This document shows, piece after piece, positions 1-8,960 of a stretch of 38,078 bases of DNA. Every line of letters begins with the position of its first letter. Position 1 is the stretch's first letter. The notes under the pieces were generated by a model. That model did not search any database and had not been told where the DNA came from. It was given only the letters and a program-made list of their open reading frames with translations. Source of the DNA: Smithellaceae bacterium (GTDB lineage: Bacteria > Desulfobacterota > Syntrophia > Syntrophales > Smithellaceae); the NCBI GenBank assembly GCA_046484315.1, contig JAWOJC010000067.1, positions 1 to 38,078 on the forward strand, written 5' to 3'. Made by a program: the position numbers and the translations under genes.

Positions 1-1026
1 TTTGGGCACGACGTATTTGCAGACGGTTGCCTTGGGTTCAAATTCAATCTTCAGACTCTCGAGTGTGCCGTCGATGATATGCCTGCAGATATCCACAAAA
101 TCCGTTTTTAAAAGCGGCAGAATGTTCATGGCCTCGGGGTCGCCGAAACGCGCGTTGTATTCCAGCAGTTTGGCACCGCTTTTCGTGGCGATGAAGCCGC
201 CGTACATCACGCCCTTATAAGGCGTGCCGGTTTCCGCAAGCAGCGCCGCTGCGACCCGGCGGGTAATTTCGAGGCCTTCTTCAATATCCGACGGTCTCAA
301 AAACGGCATGGTATGATCGGGCAGCGAATAAGAGCCCATGCCGCCGGTGTTGGGGCCGCGGTCGCCGACAAATCTTCTTTTATGATCCTGTACCAGAGGC
401 GTTCCGACAACTGTTTTGCCGTCGCAGAGGCATTGCAGCGAAAATTCTTCGCCGTCGAATTTTTCCTCGACGATCAGGGAGCCGCTCTCTTTCAGAATCT
501 GCGCGCACAGTTTCAGCGCTTCATCCCGGGTGGCGAAATGATCCCCCTGCACCAGCACGCCTTTGCCGCCGGTCAGGCCGTCGGGCTTGATCACGATGTC
601 GTCGAGTTCGTTGATGAAATCTTCCACACCGGCCATCGTCTCAAAAACCTTAAACTGCGGATTGCCGGGGATGTTGTATTTGCTTACCAGATTGCGGGTG
701 AAGGATTTGGAGGTTTCCAGGCGTGCCAGGCTCTGGTTTGGGCCGACCGAGGGGATGGCGCAGGCGGCCAACGCGTCGACGACGCCATGGTTGAGCGGGT
801 CTTCCGGGCCGATCACGGCAAAGTCGATTTGATTTTTCTTTGCAAAATCCGTTATGGCTGAAAGATCGGCATAGCTTCCCAGTTGAATGGCTTCCGACAA
901 CGAGGCGATTCCCGGATTGTTGGCTTTCATGAATGAAAACAGGCGCGGTTTGTGTTTGGAACGGGATATGGCTTCGGCCATGGCATGTTCCCGCGCGCCG
1001 TTTCCGACCAGCAGTATGTTGGGCAT
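1..1026 (-). CDS. purD: Phosphoribosylamine--glycine ligase (GAR synthetase), N-terminal 342 codons; the 3' end runs off the window
   Basis: Not in the ORF track. My own minus-strand translation from the ATG at 1026 gives MPNILLVGNGAREHAMAEAISRS...IVIKPDGLTGGKGV...LEYNARFGDPEAMNILPLL, which is typical PurD ATP-grasp sequence. A GGAG lies about 9 nt upstream. The frame stays open to position 1. Confidence 0.9.
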   Translation of the reverse strand, partial: MPNILLVGNGAREHAMAEAISRSKHKPRLFSFMKANNPGIASLSEAIQLGSYADLSAITDFAKKNQIDFAVIGPEDPLNHGVVDALAACAIPSVGPNQSLARLETSKSFTRNLVSKYNIPGNPQFKVFETMAGVEDFINELDDIVIKPDGLTGGKGVLVQGDHFATRDEALKLCAQILKESGSLIVEEKFDGEEFSLQCLCDGKTVVGTPLVQDHKRRFVGDRGPNTGGMGSYSLPDHTMPFLRPSDIEEGLEITRRVAAALLAETGTPYKGVMYGGFIATKSGAKLLEYNARFGDPEAMNILPLLKTDFVDICRHIIDGTLESLKIEFEPKATVCKYVVPK

Positions 1027-1066
1027 GATCTAAGTCTCCTGAAAAAAAATTATAATGACCGTTTGG

Positions 1067-1783
1067 TTATTTAAACACGTCTTTGAGCAAGTCCGTCACC
1101 CTTGCCCGGGGATTTGTCCGGATGTTCGTTTCTTCCTGCGCCAGGACATGAAACAGTCCGTCGAGCGCTTTGGCGGAGACGTAGCGGTTCACGTCGAGGT
1201 CGATCATCTTGCCGACCACGGGCAGTTTCTGCACGTTGCCGGCAATCCGGTCGTATTGCTGGGTTACCTGATACTCGTTCATGGCCCCGCGGACCGCCGG
1301 TTCAAAAAGCGTCAGCAGAGTGTTGTAGGTCTTGCTTTTGAGGTAATCGGTCGCGGCGGTGTTGCCGCCCCGCAGAATCCTGTTGGCGTCGTCAAACGAC
1401 ATGTCCGCAATCGCGTCCGCGAAAATGCCAGAGGCGATCGGCGCGGCCTTTTCCGCGGCGCGGTTCATGCTGAGCGAAAATTCGTCGAGCTGTGGTCCGA
1501 AACCCACACCGCGCAGGAGGCCTTCCGTTTTCCGGATTTCTTCCGGCAGTAGAATTTTGACGGCAGCGTTGGCGAAATAGCCGTCTTTTTTGCCGAGGTA
1601 GGCAATGGTGTTCTCAATGCCTATCTGCAACGCCTCCTTGAGTCCCATGTCGATTTTTGTGTTTTGAGACGGGCGCGCGGTTTGCGCCTTGAGCGCGTCC
1701 TGGATCAGGTCTAGAAAGGAGGCGTGACTGTGCTGGCATAAACACAGAACAAAAAGAAGGCTCATGACGATCTTTTTTCGCAT
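1067..1783 (-). CDS. Secreted DUF4197-family protein
   Basis: ORF 1067..1900. The likely start is the ATG at 1783 (MRKKIVMSLLFVLCLCQHSHA, a signal peptide), preceded by AAAGGAGAAAC. The remainder (GLKEALQIGIENTIAYLGKKDGYF...) resembles DUF4197. Confidence 0.7.
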   Translation of the reverse strand: MRKKIVMSLLFVLCLCQHSHASFLDLIQDALKAQTARPSQNTKIDMGLKEALQIGIENTIAYLGKKDGYFANAAVKILLPEEIRKTEGLLRGVGFGPQLDEFSLSMNRAAEKAAPIASGIFADAIADMSFDDANRILRGGNTAATDYLKSKTYNTLLTLFEPAVRGAMNEYQVTQQYDRIAGNVQKLPVVGKMIDLDVNRYVSAKALDGLFHVLAQEETNIRTNPRARVTDLLKDVFK

Positions 1784-2058
1784 AACGCGGTTTCTCCTTT
1801 GGTATGGATGTCCGGGTCCGGCACGCAGGTGACGGATGAGGCCGGTGTTTCTTGTGGCGCGAGTATAAGAAAGAAGAGTTTTGATGTCAATGGAATTCAT
1901 GGAATTTATGGCGGGGAGAGCGTATCGGGCGGTGTAAAGGGCAAGGCGCTTTTGTTTTTTTCCCGGTCTTTGCTCTTTGTCCTTAAAGTGCGGTTTCTTT
2001 TTTCCGCGTTATCTGATAAATTGACCGCCATCAACAAAAGTCGCGGGGTAATCCATCA

Positions 2059-3330
2059 TTGGGTTTGAGTTCTGATGTTATTATATTGCTGGTCCTTTTT
2101 CTCTTCTCCGGTTTTTTTTCGTCGGCGGAAGCCGCGCTTCTATCTCTGACCGATCTGCATTTGCACAAAATGAAACAGGACCGCTATCCCTTTTTTGATT
2201 ATGTGGTCAAGCTTTTGGACAATCCGCAGCGCCTGCTCATTACGATTGTCACCAGCAATGAAGTCGTCAATATCAGTATTTCCATTCTGGCCGCATCCTT
2301 TTTTATCGGTCTTTTAGGGGTGAACGGTCAATGGGTGTCCATCCTTTTTACCACGGTGGTGCTGCTCATCGCCGGAGAGGCCATTCCCAAAACCTTCGGG
2401 GTGACCTATCCCATGCAATTGTCCACGTTCGTGTCTCCGCTGCTTTCGGTCGTTTCCAAAATAGAGTATCCGGTGGTGGCCGGCCTGGAAAAAGCATCCA
2501 GCTTCATTCTGAAGCGCTACGGGCCTCACAGGGGGATGGATGCGGAAACGCTGATGGAAGACGAATTTAAAACGATCATCGACGCGTGCAGCCGCGAAGG
2601 CGTGGTAGATGAATCGCAACGGGAGCTCATTACCACCATTTTTGAACTGGGCGACCGGCCGGTGACGGATATCATGATTCCCCGCGTGGACATGTTCTGC
2701 CTTCCGCTGGATATGCCGGTAGAAGACATTTTGCAGTCCATCGCGCAGGCGAAGCAGGAGCGGGTGCCCGTCTATACCCAGGACCGCGACGACATCATCG
2801 GCATTTTATTTGCCCGTGATCTGCTCAACCACGTCTGGCGCGGCCAGCGGCCGCAAAGCCTGCGCAAGCTGCTGGTGCGGCCGTTCTTCGTGCCGGAGGA
2901 AAAAACAATTCACGGCCTGCTGCACGACTTTCAGGTAAACTTTTCGCAAATTGCCATTGTGGTGGATGAGTACGGAGGCGTTTCCGGCATGGTGACGCTT
3001 GAACATATCCTGGAACATCTATTTGAAGAGACGTACGGCGACGATGACGCGGTGTTTGACGGCTTCGAGCAGGTAGACGCCCGGACGGTGATCGTTCCGG
3101 GTCACATGCCGGTTGCGCAGTGCAACAGCCTGCTCGAAGCGGATTTGCCGGAAGACGAGTTCGACACGATTGGCGGTTTTGTGCTGCATCTGTTCGGCAA
3201 AATGCCGGAACGGGGTGAAGAAGTGTCTTTTGACGGCTATACCTTCCGCGTTGAGGGTGTAGGCCAGACCCGCATCCTGAAAGTCAGGATCGTCCGAAAT
3301 ATTTCCGGGGAGGCGGGTGAAGAGTCATGA
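2059..3330 (+). CDS. CNNM/CorC/HlyC-family transporter (DUF21 membrane domain + CBS pair + CorC_HlyC C-terminal domain)
   Basis: 423-aa ORF with a TTG start. It has N-terminal TM helices, CBS-pair sequence (IMIPRVDMFCL...VPVYTQDRDDIIGILFARDLL), IAIVVDEYGGVSGMVTLEHILE, and a C-terminal transporter-associated domain. Confidence 0.85.
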   Translation: MGLSSDVIILLVLFLFSGFFSSAEAALLSLTDLHLHKMKQDRYPFFDYVVKLLDNPQRLLITIVTSNEVVNISISILAASFFIGLLGVNGQWVSILFTTVVLLIAGEAIPKTFGVTYPMQLSTFVSPLLSVVSKIEYPVVAGLEKASSFILKRYGPHRGMDAETLMEDEFKTIIDACSREGVVDESQRELITTIFELGDRPVTDIMIPRVDMFCLPLDMPVEDILQSIAQAKQERVPVYTQDRDDIIGILFARDLLNHVWRGQRPQSLRKLLVRPFFVPEEKTIHGLLHDFQVNFSQIAIVVDEYGGVSGMVTLEHILEHLFEETYGDDDAVFDGFEQVDARTVIVPGHMPVAQCNSLLEADLPEDEFDTIGGFVLHLFGKMPERGEEVSFDGYTFRVEGVGQTRILKVRIVRNISGEAGEES

Positions 3331-4607
3331 CCCTTTATCTGATCATCGCGGCCATTATCATCTGTCTTCTGCTGGAAGTGTTGTATTCCGGCGGCGAGGT
3401 GGCCCTGTTTGCCTCCGACATCAACAAAATCAAAAATCGCGCGCGATGCGGCTCTTCTTCCGCTTCGCAGGCGGTGAGGCTCAAGGAAAAACCGGAATGG
3501 TTTATCTCGACTTCGCTGGTCGGCACGAACCTCGCGATTATCACCGCCTCCACGTTGACAACCGGTCTGCTGATTCATCATTACGGGCTTGAAAAGGGCG
3601 AGCAGATCGCTTTTCTTATCATGCTGCCGACGCTGTTTGTGATGATCATCATGCGCAGCATCTTTCTGCATTACGCGGAAGCAATGGCGATCCGCGTGGC
3701 CTGGTTTATCCGGATTTCATCGGTGATTCTCTATCCGGTGTCCTTTGTCATCGCGGCCGTGTCCCGGGGGACAGTGCATCTGTCCGCCGACCGCAACGCC
3801 ATCCAGACCTCTCATATCACGAAGGAGGGCCTGAAGTATATTCTGGGAGAAAAAACGACGGGCGGCGATATTCTGACCACGGAGAAAGAAATGATCAGCC
3901 GGGTATTTGATTTCACCGCGCTGACGGCGGATGATATCATGGTGCCCATTTCCGCCCTGACCGCCTTGCCGCAGGACATGACCATCGCAGAGGCGGCGGG
4001 CGTGGTGGCCGATAAAAAATATATGCGCATTCCCGTGTATGCGGATACGGCCTATAACATTGTCGGCATCCTTAATTATTTTGATTTGCTGGCGGTGCTG
4101 CTCAAAAGGAAGGACGAGGGTCCGGACGCGGCCACCGTCGCGTCGTGCATGCAGACGGATGTTTTTTACGTGCCGGAAACCAAGAAGGCCAGTGACCTGC
4201 TGATGGCGATGCAAAAAAAGCATGAGCAGATGGCGGTGGTGGTGGACGAGTACGGCGGCGCGGTCGGTATTGTCACCATGGAAGATATCGGCGAGGAGAT
4301 CGTCGGCAGCATTGATGAATATGTCGCGGGAGAAAAACTGTATAAAAAGGTGGCTCCCGGCCGGTATCTGATGTCCGGACGGATGGAAATCGACGCACTG
4401 CAGCAGTTGCTGGACGTGAAAATTCCTGAGGGAAATTACGAAACCGTGGGCGGTTTTCTGATGCAGCAGATGGGGCGGATTCCCCAGCGCAATGAAAAAT
4501 TTGAGTATGGCGGCGTGACGTTTGCGGTGGACAACGCCGATCCGAAATCCATCAAGGATGTCTGGGTCGTTTTCCCGCCGCATTTGGAAAAATCTAAACA
4601 TCGTTAA
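3327..4607 (+). CDS. Second CNNM/CorC/HlyC-family transporter, a tandem paralog
   Basis: 426-aa ORF with the same DUF21-CBS-CorC architecture (MAVVVDEYGGAVGIVTMEDIGEEIVG). Its ATG overlaps the upstream stop codon (ATGA at 3327..3330). Confidence 0.85.
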   Translation: MTLYLIIAAIIICLLLEVLYSGGEVALFASDINKIKNRARCGSSSASQAVRLKEKPEWFISTSLVGTNLAIITASTLTTGLLIHHYGLEKGEQIAFLIMLPTLFVMIIMRSIFLHYAEAMAIRVAWFIRISSVILYPVSFVIAAVSRGTVHLSADRNAIQTSHITKEGLKYILGEKTTGGDILTTEKEMISRVFDFTALTADDIMVPISALTALPQDMTIAEAAGVVADKKYMRIPVYADTAYNIVGILNYFDLLAVLLKRKDEGPDAATVASCMQTDVFYVPETKKASDLLMAMQKKHEQMAVVVDEYGGAVGIVTMEDIGEEIVGSIDEYVAGEKLYKKVAPGRYLMSGRMEIDALQQLLDVKIPEGNYETVGGFLMQQMGRIPQRNEKFEYGGVTFAVDNADPKSIKDVWVVFPPHLEKSKHR

Positions 4608-4627
4608 GGGAGAGGAAAAATATCAAC

Positions 4628-5383
4628 GTGAAAGACAGGAAGCTGCGTTCTCTTATACTGGCGGCGGGGAAGGGCACCCGCATGAAATCGGATCTGGCCA
4701 AAGTGCTGCACCCGCTTTTGGGTCGCCCACTCATCAGCTATGTGGTTGGCGCCGCCCGCGCCGTGGGCTCCGAAAAACTGATTGTGATTGTCGGCCACCA
4801 GGCAGACGCGGTTTGTGAGGCCGTTGCCGGGGATGATTTGATGTATGTCGACCAGAAGGACCTGCTGGGGACCGGGCATGCGGTTTTGCAGGCTGCGGGA
4901 GCCTTTGACGGCTTTGCCGGCACGGTCTTGATCCTTTGCGGAGATGTTCCGCTTTTGAGCGAAATGACAATTCAGGCGCTGCTGCAGCGTCACCGCGAGA
5001 GTCTTGCGGAGGTGACGGTGATGACGATTGTTCTGGATGATCCCGGCAGTTACGGACGGGTGATCAAAGACGAAAACGGCGATGTGATTAAAATCGTGGA
5101 GGCCAGAGACGCCACACCGGAAGAAAAGAAGGTTTGCGAGATCAACACGGGCATTTACTGTGTGGAAAGTCCGTACCTGTTTGCGGCTGTGGCGCAAATC
5201 GGCAATCAAAACGCGCAAAAAGAATATTATTTGACCGATATTATTGATATCAGCCGTCGCGGCGGACGCAAGGTGGCGTCTTTTGTTGCGTCCGATCCGA
5301 TAGAGGTGATGGGGATCAATACGCCCGAAGAACTGACCCGTGCGGCGCGGTATCTTGAAAACCGGCAGGAAAAACAGGTTTAG
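4628..5383 (+). CDS. UDP-N-acetylglucosamine pyrophosphorylase-like nucleotidyltransferase; GlmU N-terminal domain only, no left-handed beta-helix acetyltransferase domain
   Basis: 251 aa with a GTG start. LILAAGKGTRMKSDLAKVLHPL, LGTGHAV, LILCGDVPLL, EINTGIYC and EYYLTDII are colinear with about the first 230 residues of E. coli GlmU. The ORF stops at the linker helix. Confidence 0.8.
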   Translation: MKDRKLRSLILAAGKGTRMKSDLAKVLHPLLGRPLISYVVGAARAVGSEKLIVIVGHQADAVCEAVAGDDLMYVDQKDLLGTGHAVLQAAGAFDGFAGTVLILCGDVPLLSEMTIQALLQRHRESLAEVTVMTIVLDDPGSYGRVIKDENGDVIKIVEARDATPEEKKVCEINTGIYCVESPYLFAAVAQIGNQNAQKEYYLTDIIDISRRGGRKVASFVASDPIEVMGINTPEELTRAARYLENRQEKQV

Positions 5384-5386
5384 CCC

Positions 5387-6376
5387 ATGTCCGGTTTGAT
5401 CAACGCCATGGGGTCAAAGGTGCTGTTCGCGCCGCTGGCCGGCATTACCAACCTGCCTTACCGCCTGATCGCGCGTCAGTTCGGCTGCGGTTTGTGCTTT
5501 ACCGAAATGGTCAGCGCCAACGGCCTGATCCGTGAATCCGATAAAACCCTTCATTATCTGACCACCTGCCCTGACGACCGCCCGCTGGGGGTGCAGCTGT
5601 TCGGAGCCGATCCGGCCATTGTGGCCGAAGCGGCTCAGGTGGTCGCGCGCCGTAAGCCGGATTGCATCGATATCAACATGGGGTGTCCGGTGAGAAAGGT
5701 GGTCAAAACCGGTTCCGGCGCTGCATTGATGAAAAGCCCGCTGCTCGCGGGCCGGATCATTGCCGCGGTGGTAAAAGCCGTATCGGTGCCGGTGACGGTG
5801 AAAATTCGCGCGGGGTGGACCCGCGCATCGGTCAACGCTCTGGAACTGGCCCGTATTGCCGAAGACGAAGGGGCCCGGGCGGTCACGGTGCATGGCCGCA
5901 CGGCTGATCAGGGATTTTCCGGTCATGCCGATTGGGAGATTATTGCCCGCGTCAAACAGGCCGTCCGCATTTCGGTCATCGGCAACGGGGATATCTGGCA
6001 GGCCAAAGACGCAGTCAGAATGCTTGCTGAAACAGGGTGCGACGCGGTTATGGTGGGGCGCGGCGCACTGGGTAATCCATGGTTATTCGAAGGTATTGGC
6101 CAATTGCTGGCCTGTGGGGAAACGCCCGCCGGACCCACGCTGGCACAACGCCATGAAATCATAAAGAAACACTGGGAAATGGAAACGGATTTCTACGGTA
6201 GAAGGCTTGCGGATAAGACCTTTCGAAAACATTTGCTCTGGTATACCAAGGGGTTGGCCGGTTCGGGCCGGTTTCGGGAAACGGTGGGGAAAATGAAGGA
6301 TCAACAGGCGATGTTAACGGAATTGGACAGATATTTCAGCTCGCTGCATGACCTGTCCGCTGAAATAATGACTTGA
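5387..6376 (+). CDS. dusB: tRNA-dihydrouridine synthase
   Basis: 329 aa. APLAGITNLPYRLIARQFG...FTEMVSANGL...IDINMGCPVRKVVK...VTVKIRAGW...VTVHGRT is characteristic of the Dus family. Confidence 0.9.
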   Translation: MSGLINAMGSKVLFAPLAGITNLPYRLIARQFGCGLCFTEMVSANGLIRESDKTLHYLTTCPDDRPLGVQLFGADPAIVAEAAQVVARRKPDCIDINMGCPVRKVVKTGSGAALMKSPLLAGRIIAAVVKAVSVPVTVKIRAGWTRASVNALELARIAEDEGARAVTVHGRTADQGFSGHADWEIIARVKQAVRISVIGNGDIWQAKDAVRMLAETGCDAVMVGRGALGNPWLFEGIGQLLACGETPAGPTLAQRHEIIKKHWEMETDFYGRRLADKTFRKHLLWYTKGLAGSGRFRETVGKMKDQQAMLTELDRYFSSLHDLSAEIMT

Positions 6377-6454
6377 CATCTCCCGGGTGAATTGGCATAA
6401 ATGGGGCCGAAAAAAACAGATTAAGGCAATTCAACCATAAGGACTGAATCGAAC

Positions 6455-6685
6455 GTGGAAATAGTTAAATTTACAGAGCTTGAAGATAAAATCAAACAGA
6501 TTGTCAGTGAGCAGGTTTTTCTAAAAAAACAGATTACAATTTTGGAGGATGCGCTAAAAAATAAAGAGTCAGAGGTAGAGGAGTGCAACAGTAAGCTTAG
6601 GGTACTGGATGAGGAGAGGAACAGCGTACGCGCGAGGGTGGATTCACTGCTAGATTTACTTGCAGACATAGAAGTGGCAAAATAA
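6455..6685 (+). CDS. zapB: ZapB-like coiled-coil cell-division protein
   Basis: 76-aa all-coiled-coil ORF (FTELEDKIKQIVSEQVFLKKQITILEDALKNKESEVEE...) lying directly upstream of zapA. GTG start. Confidence 0.6.
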   Translation: MEIVKFTELEDKIKQIVSEQVFLKKQITILEDALKNKESEVEECNSKLRVLDEERNSVRARVDSLLDLLADIEVAK

Positions 6686-6703
6686 GCTTCCAGGGCGTGG
6701 GTA

Positions 6704-6982
6704 TTGAAAAAGCGTTACGATATTAAAATATTAGGGCAGGAGCTTGCGGTTTTAAGTGATGCGGAAGATGAACAAGTGGCCAACGTTGTCCGGTTTGTGA
6801 ATGAAAAGATGGAAGAGGTTGTGCGGTCCAGGGAAGGACTCAGGGCATTGGACGTTGCCATCCTGGCAGCTTTGAACATTTCGGAAGATTTAATAAAGTT
6901 AGAGGGAGTGAACAAGGATCTGTGCGCGCAGCTTGAGCGACGGTCCGAGAAATTGATTCAACTGATTGAAAGTGCAAGTTAA
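6704..6982 (+). CDS. zapA: Cell division protein ZapA
   Basis: 92 aa with a TTG start. YDIKILGQELAVLSDAEDEQVANVVRFVNEKMEEV...LRALDVAILAALNISEDL matches the ZapA fold pattern. Confidence 0.8.
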   Translation: MKKRYDIKILGQELAVLSDAEDEQVANVVRFVNEKMEEVVRSREGLRALDVAILAALNISEDLIKLEGVNKDLCAQLERRSEKLIQLIESAS

Positions 6983-6992
6983 TTAAAAGATT

Positions 6993-7192
6993 GGTCTACC
7001 CCCTGCGATGTGCGTGATTGTCATTTGTTTTTGAGCCAACACTTTGAACCTGGGGCCTATTTCTTGTTTGTGGTGAGCATGTCTGCCTTTTCCGCTGGTC
7101 GGGTGGCAGAAAGCCTGAAGCAGGCAACACCGGGCGCCCACTTATAAAAAGGTTCAAAATCGTGATTAACACGGCATAGGCGGGGGTTTTTT
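6993..7192 (+). ncRNA. ssrS: Candidate 6S RNA (ends approximate)
   Basis: About 200 nt with no ORF, directly downstream of zapA, which is the classic ssrS position. A long imperfect closing helix is visible: CCCCC 6999-7003 pairs with GGGGG 7182-7186, TGATTGTCATT about 7015-7026 pairs with AATCGTGATTAA 7158-7169 (several G-U pairs), TTGAACCT 7044-7051 pairs with AGGTTCAA 7150-7157, and TGGGGCC 7051-7057 pairs with GGCGCCCA 7133-7140. Unpaired internal segments lie between these helices. The element ends in a T6 run (7187-7192). Confidence 0.55.
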
Positions 7193-7373
7193 ATACCCTG
7201 TTTTTCCTCTTTTTTCCCATCCCGATCCCTTACCACATCAAAAAAGCAATGAATCCTTCGGTATCGCTTTTTTTGCGTCCATCGAAAGGTTTAAATATAG
7301 CCTGACAAGACAGCGGCGGATCTTTTTTTAAGCCTGGTCGATGATCGAGGAAGGCAACGAGGAGGGTAATACC

Positions 7374-8939
7374 ATGTTAAACGGAAGTTTATTTGTCCTG
7401 ATGATAGTCGTTGCAGTGCTGTTCGGTGCGATTTTCGGTTTCGTACTCAACAAGATCTTTACAACGAAGAAAGTGAAGGCCTCCGAGAGTCTGGCGGCGC
7501 GGATTGTCGAAGAATCCAAAAAAGAAGCAGAAAACATTAAAAAAGAGTCGATGCTGCAGGCCAAGGAAAATCTGCTGAAAATGAAAGCGGATTTTGACCG
7601 GGAAACCAAAGAGGTTAAAAGTGATCTGGAGGGGTTGGAAAAACGCATCCGGACCAAAGAGGAAAATCTTGAAAAACGGATGGATTCTCTCTCGCAGAAA
7701 GAATCCGGCATTGAGGGACGCGAAAAGAACTTAAGCCAGAAAGAGAGCGCGATTGAAGAGAAACACCGCAAGCTCGACACCCTGGTGGCGGAACAAAAGG
7801 AGAAGCTCGAGAGTATCGCGGGCATCACGCCCGAAGAGGCCAAAAATATCCTGATCCAGTCGATGGAATCCGAAGCCAAACATGATGCGGCGGTGCTGGT
7901 GAGGAAAATCGAAGAGGAAGCCAAGCTGACCGGGGACCGCAAGGCCCGGGAAATCATTGCCTACTCCATTCAACGCTACGCGGGGGATTATGTGGCGGAA
8001 CACACGGTTTCTGTCGTCAACCTGCCCAGCGAGGAGATGAAGGGACGCATTATCGGCCGTGAGGGCCGCAACATTCGTGCGATTGAAGCGGCCACCGGCA
8101 TCGATCTGATTGTCGATGACACGCCCGAAGCAGTGGTGCTCTCCAGTTTTGATCCGGTCCGCAGAGAGGTGGCCCGGATATCGCTTGAGCGCCTGATTCA
8201 GGACGGCCGCATTCATCCCGGCCGCATTGAAGAAATCGTGAAAAAGGTTCGCACCGAAGTGGATCAGATCATCCGGGAAACCGGCGAGAAAGCCTCCTTT
8301 GACTGCGGCGTCCACGATATTCATCCCGAAATCATCACGATGCTCGGATCGCTCAAATACCGCACGAGTTACTCGCAAAATGTCCTTCAGCATTCCGTCG
8401 ATGTCGCGTATCTGACGGGGCTGATGGCCGCGGAACTGAAAATGAACATCAAGGAAGCCAAAAGGGCCGGTCTTTTGCACGATATCGGCAAGGCGGTGGA
8501 TCACAAGATTGAGGGGACGCACGCGGCCATCGGCGCCGATTTTGCCAAGCGTTTCGGCGAGAATCCGCGCATCGTTCAGGCGATTGCCACCCATCACGAT
8601 GACGGGCGCAACAACACGCTTTTAGGCGTGTTGGTGCAGGCGGCGGATACGCTTTCGGCAGCCCGCCCCGGCGCGCGCCGCGAAATGCTGGAAACCTACG
8701 TGCAGCGGCTTGAAGAACTCGAAAAGATCGCCCATTCCTTCAACGGCGTTGATAAGTGCTTTGCGATTCAGGCGGGGCGAGAAATCCGCATTATGGTCGA
8801 AAATGAAAAGATTTCCGACAACGACACGGTGATGCTGTGCAACGACATCATCAAGAAAATTGAAAACGAGATGTCGTATCCGGGGCAGATCAAGGTGACG
8901 GTCATCCGCGAAACGCGTGTTTCCAATTTTGCCAAATAG
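7374..8939 (+). CDS. rny: Ribonuclease Y (N-terminal TM anchor, coiled coil, KH domain, HD domain)
   Basis: The ORF spans 7341..8939. I prefer the ATG at 7374 ([18 protein letters not shown]) because GGAGG lies 7-8 nt upstream. Supporting motifs are KH ([15 protein letters not shown]) and HD ([11 protein letters not shown]...ATHHDD). Confidence 0.95.
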   Translation: MLNGSLFVLMIVVAVLFGAIFGFVLNKIFTTKKVKASESLAARIVEESKKEAENIKKESMLQAKENLLKMKADFDRETKEVKSDLEGLEKRIRTKEENLEKRMDSLSQKESGIEGREKNLSQKESAIEEKHRKLDTLVAEQKEKLESIAGITPEEAKNILIQSMESEAKHDAAVLVRKIEEEAKLTGDRKAREIIAYSIQRYAGDYVAEHTVSVVNLPSEEMKGRIIGREGRNIRAIEAATGIDLIVDDTPEAVVLSSFDPVRREVARISLERLIQDGRIHPGRIEEIVKKVRTEVDQIIRETGEKASFDCGVHDIHPEIITMLGSLKYRTSYSQNVLQHSVDVAYLTGLMAAELKMNIKEAKRAGLLHDIGKAVDHKIEGTHAAIGADFAKRFGENPRIVQAIATHHDDGRNNTLLGVLVQAADTLSAARPGARREMLETYVQRLEELEKIAHSFNGVDKCFAIQAGREIRIMVENEKISDNDTVMLCNDIIKKIENEMSYPGQIKVTVIRETRVSNFAK

Positions 8940-8960
8940 CGGATGAGGATTGAGTAAAAA

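Noticed and set aside
3717-4601. The 294-aa minus-strand ORF, and similar long antisense ORFs. These include 313..861(+), 7731..8597(-), 12141..12713(-), 15243..15923(+), 15430..16122(-), 18320..19024(-), 22724..23359(-), 25308..25961(-) and 34178..35110(+).
   Set aside because: Each lies entirely inside a well-supported gene on the opposite strand. Each also has the Arg/Gly/His/Pro-rich, low-complexity composition typical of antisense frames in GC-rich DNA. None contains a recognisable domain.
7240-7275. A terminator-like A6...T7 element (AAAAAAGCAATGAATCCTTCGGTATCGCTTTTTTT) after the 6S candidate.
   Set aside because: The stem pairs poorly by eye (GCAATGA vs TATCGC), so I could not support it as a hairpin. 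It may still be worth folding computationally.
7341-7373. An N-terminal extension of RNase Y ([11 protein letters not shown]).
   Set aside because: It contains the GGAGG that serves as the RBS for the ATG at 7374. RNase Y normally starts directly with its TM helix.
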